Of a DNA stretch of 64,000 nucleotides, positions 54,855 through 64,000 are shown one piece after another. The DNA is taken from assembly GCF_009914755.1 (NCBI RefSeq), contig NC_060938.1; one strand, given 5' to 3'. The first letter of the stretch is position 1; each line of letters starts with the position of its first letter. The notes below the pieces were generated by a model. The model ran no database searches, had not been told where the DNA came from, and saw only the letters and a list, made by a program, of their open reading frames with translations. Made by a program: the position numbers and the translations under genes. The DNA is from the human T2T-CHM13v2.0 reference genome, Homo sapiens.

Positions 54855-57800
54855 TCCTCTTCCAAGCATGATGGAATAAGAGAGGCAGATTTACATTTAT
54901 CCTGTAAACAAATGAAACATTGAACAAAATATATGAAGTAATTCTTTTCAGACATCGGGTTACAGGTGTTACAGGACTGTGACTCTTGAAATAAGGATGT
55001 AAAATCAGGTGAGTCACAGGATCACCCCAACTATCAATGTGTAGATACATTTCAGATAGGGGTACCCATAGGGATCTTGCTGAGTTTTAAAGACAATGAT
55101 CAGACCTCAGGAAGCCACGCAGAAATCTGTATAGGATTCACCTTGAGTATTGCTGAATACTAAAACCTTCATGTGTAAGGCAAAAAGCCATGATATTGAC
55201 CTAAGAAATGCCAGACTGCTGAGACTTCAATGATTCCCAGTTTATGCAGGTAATAAGGCATTTAAGTTCTGATCACGTGGAGAGTCTTCATCGATCACTC
55301 AGATAATTTAGTAGAGATCCTGGAAGGGCCAAATCCTACTGTGGCTTGCCTATCCCTGGGGTGAATATATAAGACCTAGCTATCAACACTCAAAATCATG
55401 CCTCAGAAGAACAAATTGAACCACAAGTAACTTCACATATTACCAGAAAAACAATGGCATTTTTTTATTTAGAAGGAGACAGAAAAATTTAATATACAAT
55501 AGCATAAAATCCACAATGTCCAGGATTCATAAAACAAGGGAAAAATCAATCAATCAAAATAGTTTTGGGAATGATAAAGTAACGGAATAAGGATGCAAAG
55601 TGTTAAAACAACTGTTATTATTATAATCCCATATTTAAAAGAATATATGAACATATAAGAAGAGAAATGAAATACTTAAAACAACAAAAGAACTTCTAGA
55701 GATGTAAAATGCATTATCATTTAAAACTTAACTGGATGGAATTAGCAGATGATTAAGAAGCGCCAAAATCAGAAAACTTGAAGACATAGCAGCGAAAAGT
55801 AGCCAAAGGAAAGCATAAGGGAAATAAAAAGATTAAAAAACAAACAAAAAATCCAAACAATCAATGGGTAGTTGTGAGCCAGCAGGTTAACATATACCCA
55901 CTATAATTTATGTATACTTGTATATACACACACATATATGTACTTTATGTATTTTGTATATATACACATATGTATTTGTATATACATACATATATATTTT
56001 GTACATATATATTTGTGTATATATATTTGTGCATATGTACAAAATATATACTTTTATACATATATAAGTATATATGTATGAAATATATACTTTATATATT
56101 TTGAAATATGTGTATTTTAAATATATATTCTGAAATTTATTTATCTTGAAATTTGATGGAAACACTAGACCCATAGCCCTAAGAAACTCCAAGTAGCCCA
56201 AGTAGACAAAAACAAATGAGCAAACAAACCAAAAAAACAAAAACCAAGGCAGTTTCTAATTAAAACCTTAGGAGCAAATAAAATTTAGTAAAAATAAAAT
56301 GAAATCTTCAAAAGTCTCAATCCAAAAGAAGGCAGGAAAGAGGAACAAAATAAGTTAATAGATAGTAATAGCAAAATTATAGATTTAAAAGTATTAAATC
56401 TATTAATACTTTTAAAAATATATTCATAATTGCATTAGATTCAAATAATCTAACCATTCCAATTAAATGGAAAATATTTTTAGACTGAATAAAAACCCAA
56501 GGCCAAATTATATACTATACCTAAAGAACTCGATTAAATATGAAACATTAAGACTAAAAGAAGAGGAAAAGTATCCAATGTGTACACTGATAATAAGAAG
56601 GCTGGAGTTACTAAATTATCATTAGAAAAAACAGAATTTAAAAGAATGAATATTACCAGAAGTTATAAGGGACATTTCATAAAAATAAAATGGTAAATTC
56701 ATCGAGAAGACAGACATAACCCTGAAAGTATATGTCTCTAGTGACAGGGCTTCAGAAAACCTATAGCAAAAACTGAAAAACTGCAAATAGAAATACATAC
56801 ACCCACTAATTATATTTGAGAACTTTCACACTTCTCTTTTATTATTTAATAGAACAAGTTGGCCTGAAAAAAATTAACAACTAGCTAAATAATTTGCAAT
56901 TATAGACACATTCATACACAAGAAAAGTTCACATTCTTTTGAAGGGCACATGAAATATTCACCAAAATAGAACATATGCTGGGTTTTTGTATTAGAGTTC
57001 TTCAGAGAAATAGAAGTAATAGGTTCTCTCTGTGTGTGCATGTGTCTCTGTGTATGTGTGTATTTGTGTGTGGAGAGAAAGGGAGACATTTATTTTAAGA
57101 AATTGACTCATACAATATTGTGGAGGATAGCAAGTCCAAAATCTGCAGAATAGGTTCACATGCTGGGTATTCAGGGAAGAGCTACTGTTGCAGCTCCAGT
57201 AGTATAAAGACAGGCAGCTGGCAGAATTTCTTCTTCTTTAGGAGAGGCCAGTATATTTTTTTTTGCTTGAAGGCCTTCCGCTAATTGGATGGGTCTCGTT
57301 CACTTTATGGAGGGTAATCTGCATTACTGAAAGTGTGCTGATTTAAATGTTAATCACATCTAGAAAAAAAAAATACCTTCACAGAAACATAAAGGATAAT
57401 GTTTGACCAAATATTTGGGTGTTATGGTCTAGCCACATTGACAGATAAAATTAAGCATCACAGCCATAAAACAAGTTAAATACATAAAAAATGATGGATA
57501 TCTTACAGAGTATATTAGTATACTCTCTAAGCAGAATAGACATAAATTATAAATAAAGAAAAAATAATCTGAAAAACGCAAAATATTTAGAAATCAAATG
57601 ACACATTTCTTAATAACTCATGGCTCAAAAAAAAGCAAAAAGAAAATTAGAAATTGTTTTGAAGTGAATAAAAATTAATACATAAAATGTAAAAATTTCT
57701 GTGGCACAGTTAAAACAGTGATTAGAAGAAAATATATAGCACTAAATATTTTTTTTAAATTTCTAAAAAAATTATCTAAGTGTACATCTAAAGAAAATAG

Positions 57801-58355
57801 ACAAAGCTGGACAAATAAATATAATACAAGTAGAAAGAAAAGAATCATAAAGATTAGAGTGTAAATCAATAGAATAGGAAATAAACTAACTACAGAAAAA
57901 TATCAGTGAAGCAAAAGATTTTTTTTAAATAAGCAAATAGCATTAGTACACCTCTAGCCATATGGGTTAAAAAAGAATACAAATTACCAATATTAGGCAT
58001 GAGAAGAAGACACCATGATAGATTTCTAAGATATTAAAGGGTTATAGGGGACTATCATGAGCAACTGTATGCTAATAAAGTTAGATGAAATTTTCATATT
58101 TTATGACAACCATAAATTACCAAAAGTGACTCAAAAAGAAATGAAAAATTTGAATAGAGTTGTATCAAATGAAAAATGTGAATGTTTAATTTCAACATTC
58201 CCACAAAGATTTTAGGCCCAGATGACTTCACTCATTAATTCTTTCAGATTTATGGAAGAAATAATGCTAATCCTACATGGTATCTTTTTAAATATAGAAG
58301 AGGAGAGGTTTATCAACCTATTAATGAGTTTGAAATTGCCCTGAAGCCAAAGCAT
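54855..58355 (+). mobile_element. Old L1 (L1MC/MD-like) 5' UTR, ORF1 and ORF2 endonuclease region, 3'-truncated
   Basis: 5' UTR-like ACAAAATATATGAAGTAATTCTTTTCAGACAT...CAGGACTGTGA; ORF2-like AAGAAGGCTGGAGTTACT, GGGACATTTCATAA, AGGCCCAGATGACTTCACT; AT-rich tract at about 55905-56130. Confidence 0.75.
56988..57462 (-). mobile_element. MLT2B-like (ERVL) solo LTR inside L1
   Basis: TGTATTAGAGTTCTTCAGAGAAA...GGAGGGTAATCTGC...CTGATTTAAATGTTAATCACATC...AAAATTAAGCATCACA. Confidence 0.88.
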
Positions 58356-58581
58356 GCTGCCTATCTCAGTAGTATATTTACAGGAAGCCAAATATTGTTG
58401 CTGTTCTAGAGCTTAGAAAGTAATTAGATCAAAATAATCTCAATAAATAGTATACTTAAAAACCTGTGAAAATATACGTGATTTTCTAATTAAATAAATT
58501 AAAAAAAAAAACCCTGAACTTACAAATCTAAAAAGCAATTAAAAAGGTAGTAATAGAAAGTAAAGTTAAAAAAAAAATAGA

Positions 58582-59699
58582 CTTGCATCCTCTGAAGCCA
58601 CAGCCTGAGCTCTAGGTTGGCCCCTTTTAGCCATGGCTGGAGTGGCTGGGATGCAGGGCAACAAGTCCCTAGGCTGCACACAGCATAGGGACCCTGGGCC
58701 CCGTCCATGAAACCATTTTTTCCTAGGCCTCCAGGCCTGTGATGGGAGGGGCTGCTGTGAAGACCTCTGATATTTTTCTCAATGTTTTGGGGATTAACAT
58801 TTGGCTCCTTGTTACTTGTGTAAATTTCTGCAGATGGTGGCTTGAATTTCTCCTCAGAAAATGGTTTTTTCTTTTCTATGACATTATCAGGCTGCAAATT
58901 TCCCAAACTTTTGTGCTCTGCTTCCCTCATAAAACTGAATACCTTTAACAGTACCCAAGTCACCTCTTGAATGCTTTGCTGCTTAGAAATTTCTTTCACC
59001 AGATACACTAAATCATCTCTCTCAAGTTCAAAGTTCCACACATCTCTAGGACAGGGCAACATGCAGCTAATCTCTTTACTAAAACATAACAAGAGTCACT
59101 TTTGCTTCAGTTCCCAAGCAAGTTCCTCATCTCCATCTGAGACCACCGCAGCCTGGATTTATTGTACATATTGCTATCAGGCTTTTGGTCAAAGCCATTC
59201 AAGAAGTCTCTAGGAAGTACCAAACTTTCCCACATTTTCTGTCTTCTTCTGAGCCCTCCAAACTGTTCCAACCTCTGCCTGTTACCCAGTTCTAAAGTTG
59301 CTTCCACATTTTCAGGTATCTTTCCAGCAATGCCCTACTGTACTGGTACCAATTTACTGCATTAGTCTGTTTTCATGCTGCTGATAAATACACATCCGAG
59401 ACTGGGAAGAAAAAGAGGTTTTATTGGACTTACAGTTCCACATGGCTGGGAGGCCTCAGAATTACGGTGGGAGGTGAAAAGCACTTCGTACATGGTGGAA
59501 GCAAGAGAAAAATGAGAGAGATACAAAAGCAGAAACCCCTGATAAAACCATCAGATCTCGTGAGACTGATTCACTATGAGGACAGTATGGGTGAAACCAT
59601 CATACTGTTCCCACCAGGTTCCTCCTCCCACAACATGTGGGAATTATGGGAGTACAATTTGAGATGACACTTGGGTGGGGACACAGCAAAACCATATCA
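58582..59699 (-). mobile_element. THE1A 5' LTR (59358-59699) plus truncated internal sequence (58582-59357)
   Basis: THE1A-type GACTGGGAAGAAAAAGAGG and AAAAGCAGAAACCCCTGATAA; internal/LTR junction CTGGTACCAATTTAC. Confidence 0.9.
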
Positions 59700-60426
59700 T
59701 GCCAGATACCCTAAATCATCTCTCTCAAGTTCAAAGTTCCACAGATCTCTAGGACAGGATAAAAAGGCCACCGATCTCCTTGCTAAATTATGGCAAGGAT
59801 CACCTTTGCTCGAGTTCCCAGTAAGTTTCTCATCTCCATCTGAGACCTCCTCAGCCTGGAGTTCATTGTCCATATCACTGTTAGAATTTTGGTCAGAAGT
59901 ATTCAACAAGTGTCTAGAAAGTTCCAAACTTTGCCACATCTTCTTGTCTTGTTTAAGCCCTCCAACCTCTTGCAATCCCTGCCCATTACTTAGTTCCAAA
60001 GTCACTTCCACTTATTCAGGTTACCTATAGATCAGCACCCCATTTGTGGTACCAATTTTCTCTATTAGTTTGCTTTCACTCTACTATAAAAATACTACCT
60101 GAGACTCGGTAATGTATAAGTAAGAGTTTAATTGACTCACAGTTCTACATGGCTGGGAGGCCACAGAAAACTTTTAACATGGCAGAAGGCAAAGGAGAAG
60201 CAAGCATGTTTTACATGGTGGCAGGAGAGAGAGAGTGAGAAAGTAGTGCCACACTTTAAAACCATCAGCTCTAGTTTTATAGTGACAACACATTCACTAT
60301 TACAAGAACAGCAAGGAGGAAACAGCTCCCGTGATCCAATCACCTCCCACCAGGTCCCTCCCTTGACATGTGGAGATTTCAATTTGAGATGAGATTTGAG
60401 TGGGGCCACAGAGCCAAACCATGTAA
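59700..60426 (-). mobile_element. MSTA-like 5' LTR (60061-60426) plus internal fragment (59700-60060)
   Basis: Junction GGTACCAATTTTC; LTR ends GAGCCAAACCATGTAA; internal part is homologous to about 58997-59357. Confidence 0.85.
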
Positions 60427-60545
60427 TATGTGTGTATATATACATATGTATATAAATATATATGTATATAAATATATATGTATATAAATATATGTGTATA
60501 AATATATATGTATATAAATATATGTGTATATATATTTATATACAG
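60427..60545. repeat. AT-rich (TATATAAATATATATG)n tract
   Basis: Direct reading. Confidence 0.9.
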
Positions 60546-61439
60546 TTTATAAAAATAGTAAGATATTTTTAATTCTCATAAACCAATTTTTGTCCCCCTG
60601 GGGGAAATATTATTTCTATTGAAAGGCATGATTAATAATATGAGATGATTTTGAGTAATTTAAGCCTTTCCAAAAAACATAATCCATTCCAGTTAAAACT
60701 AGTCATTACATATATATATTATAAATATATAACATGTATATTTTATTAGACCATAAAAGAATGTTTGAATTATTTTTATTATTCTAAGAAATAGTTTTTA
60801 TGTAACTTACCTTTGTTTCTTGGTGAGGCCCACTGAGTCTTAGATATGAAGTGCGTGTGAAAACAAAAACATAAATGTGACTATAGCATTGTAGTGCTAA
60901 CTTTTTCTTCTTACCTAGAGAAGAGTCAAGAGAGACTTTTGTACAATGTGCTTTTTGAAATTCAGTGTCTGATAATCTTGTAATGATAGAAAAAAATAAG
61001 TGAGCCTAAAATGACTGAAATTGAGAAATTTCGGCAGCTGATAACAAGGTCTTCAACATAAGTAATAGCCATCAAAATCAGTGGGGATCACAGGCCATGG
61101 CCCCCTATATCAAAATCATCTGGACTGACGATTAAAATTAAAGATGCTTAGAACTCTTTGCAGACCTAGTAAATCAGCCTCCTTTCAAAGCCGAATCTAG
61201 AAGTCTACATTAAAGCAACAACAATACTGTTTCTCCTGGAAACTACATTTACTCTAATCTTACGTACAAATGCTGAAATTAGTGTAAAAAATTCCCAGCC
61301 ATATCTGGCTTAGAATTTACTAATTCTCTAATGAGGAATAAAAGAAAATTTCTATAAAACACTAAGATATAGTATCTATAATCTGTGTAGAGTATTTTGC
61401 TCAAATTCATGTTGAAGGAAGCTGCTTGACGTGCCATGG

Positions 61440-62115
<676 letters not shown>

Positions 62116-64000
62116 CACGGCATGTGTTCACCGGGCTATTCCATCCACACTGAAGCCCGGCAGGTTGACCAAGTCTTAAAGATTAGTCAGGCTTACTTAC
62201 TCATGCCTATATACACTACCTATAGCATAAGTTTAATTAATCACTCAAAAATCACACATTGAAAATCTATTATGGTATATAACATATGATATTAGTATAT
62301 TATATATACTAATAGTTATCTGATGTTCTGTTACAAAATTATATTACAAAATATAACAAATAGTCAAGAGATAAGATCACTCTTGAAATATATGGTACGC
62401 TGTTATTGACGAAATAGCTAAAGGAATTTATTTTTTTCTTCTCAAGAAGCAATACCTAAAGATTAATTTAAAAACAGTAGTTAAGTAGTTGGTTCAAGGT
62501 TGAATAAGAACAAAATAAGGCGTGGCTATCTATGATTTCCTTTTTAGCCTCTATGGAGTAGAATAACTAAAATCATAGATAGCTATTAAACGGCACGTAA
62601 AAATATTCCTGAGAACAACAGAAGCCAAACGTAGGGAACATTCTCTGGATAAAGAAAGAAATGGAACAAAATATATTAATAAAATTGTCCTTCCCTGCAA
62701 GTGAGAAATTAGACTAAATGTTTCCTCTTTACAAGCGTTGTTGGCATGACTCCACCTAACACTAGTTGTTTTCCTATATTGTACCAAAAAGTAAATGCCT
62801 TAGGAAGGAAATAATTGATAACATTTAAGAATAGTTAAAATTTTGCTGGTGTACAAGTCTAATGGTTCAATAGAACTATTAAATATTTGGGTTAATATTT
62901 TTCTTATGATCATGTGATTCCAATATAAATTATGTAGCTGAAAAGGCTGATAGCTCTGGCACACAAATATTTACCTCCAGTGCTGTGATTTTACAGGTGT
63001 TAGGATGTGATGCTACAACTTCATATCATTTTTATACTTTTAAATTTTTATATGCTTAAAAAAATACTTTAATCCAACATCTTTTGACAATTTTGCTTTG
63101 CTATTCACTAACGTGGATGAAGTTTCAGGCATTTTGAACTTTTACCTTCCCCAGGGGTTGTCTGGGGCTTGGACAGCTGAGACCTTTTTATTTTTGAGGG
63201 GCCATGAATATACTAAATCATGTATTTGATTTAAAGCTCTGAGGTTTAAAATAAAGTGTGAGACTCTTAGTGCTAGGGAGCTTCTCAGCATGAGCAAAAT
63301 TTAGTAATAATAGAATGGATGAGCCACAACAGGTCCGAAGCTTAGCATAAGTAAGTATGCAAGATCTTGTATGCTTATTCTAACTTCTTTATTTTGGAAA
63401 TGAACCAAGAACACCCTCCTCTGGGGGATTACCAGTATTCAGTAACTCAGTAGTGGTGAGAAAAATTATGAGAATCTGATTGCCATGTAACCTTCTTAGC
63501 TGTTAGCCCCAATTGCCATCACCATGCAGTTTCAAGAGTGTTTTCAGTTCACAGCAACGCAGGTTTCCAGTTTGTTCATGATTCTCAAAATGATTCAAGA
63601 GACTTCTTTCTAAGTGTATTTTCCATTAATATGATGTATCTTTAACTCCTTTTCTTTTTACTGTGCCTGCCTTCTCAGTAGGAACTCTTCTGTCAGACAT
63701 CCAACAAAATCATATTTTAATCACATTTATAATGTCCTCCTGTAGTTGGGGAATAGCAGACATTGAACTGACTGACTTAAAGGTGAAAGAGAAAATTAGG
63801 CTTTGCCTCCCTTAAAGCAGGAGTACATTCCTACCATAATGACATTTTCAGATTGCTCTGCACTTATAAATAACACCAGTTCACATCAGGTATATGCACT
63901 AGGCAGTCCTTCTCCAAGTGATGAAACAAATTCTTCTCCACACAACATTCAATAATCCAGTATCCAATTCTTTTATTTCTATTTGTGACCTATAACTCAA

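Noticed and set aside
62290-62314. 11-bp inverted repeat TATTAGTATAT / ATATACTAATA
   Set aside because: Lies in TA-rich low-complexity sequence where such symmetry arises easily.

Overview
AT-rich, gene-poor primate DNA, almost certainly human because it carries near-consensus AluYb8 and AluYa5 copies. I see no credible protein-coding exon, RNA gene or CRISPR array; nearly all long ORFs in the track lie in Alu, L1, MaLR or microsatellite sequence. The window is a layered transposon record: about 10 Alus, several L1s (one with a twin-priming 5' inversion), a complete THE1B provirus, a MER9 (HERV-K HML-3) solo LTR, other MaLR/ERVL LTRs, a full-length Tigger1, MER20, MER53, MIR and L2. I found no evidence for a new multi-gene system. 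The most interesting unexplained structures are: (1) a ~350-bp polyadenylated, TSD-flanked insert inside an old L1 that looks like a 5'-truncated retrocopy of an unidentified mRNA; (2) several short templated or fold-back insertions; (3) a THE1A nested in an MSTA, both cut by one deletion; (4) intact DUX4 motifs and a splice donor in MaLR LTRs. Subfamily names come from recalled consensus sequences and should be confirmed with RepeatMasker/Dfam.
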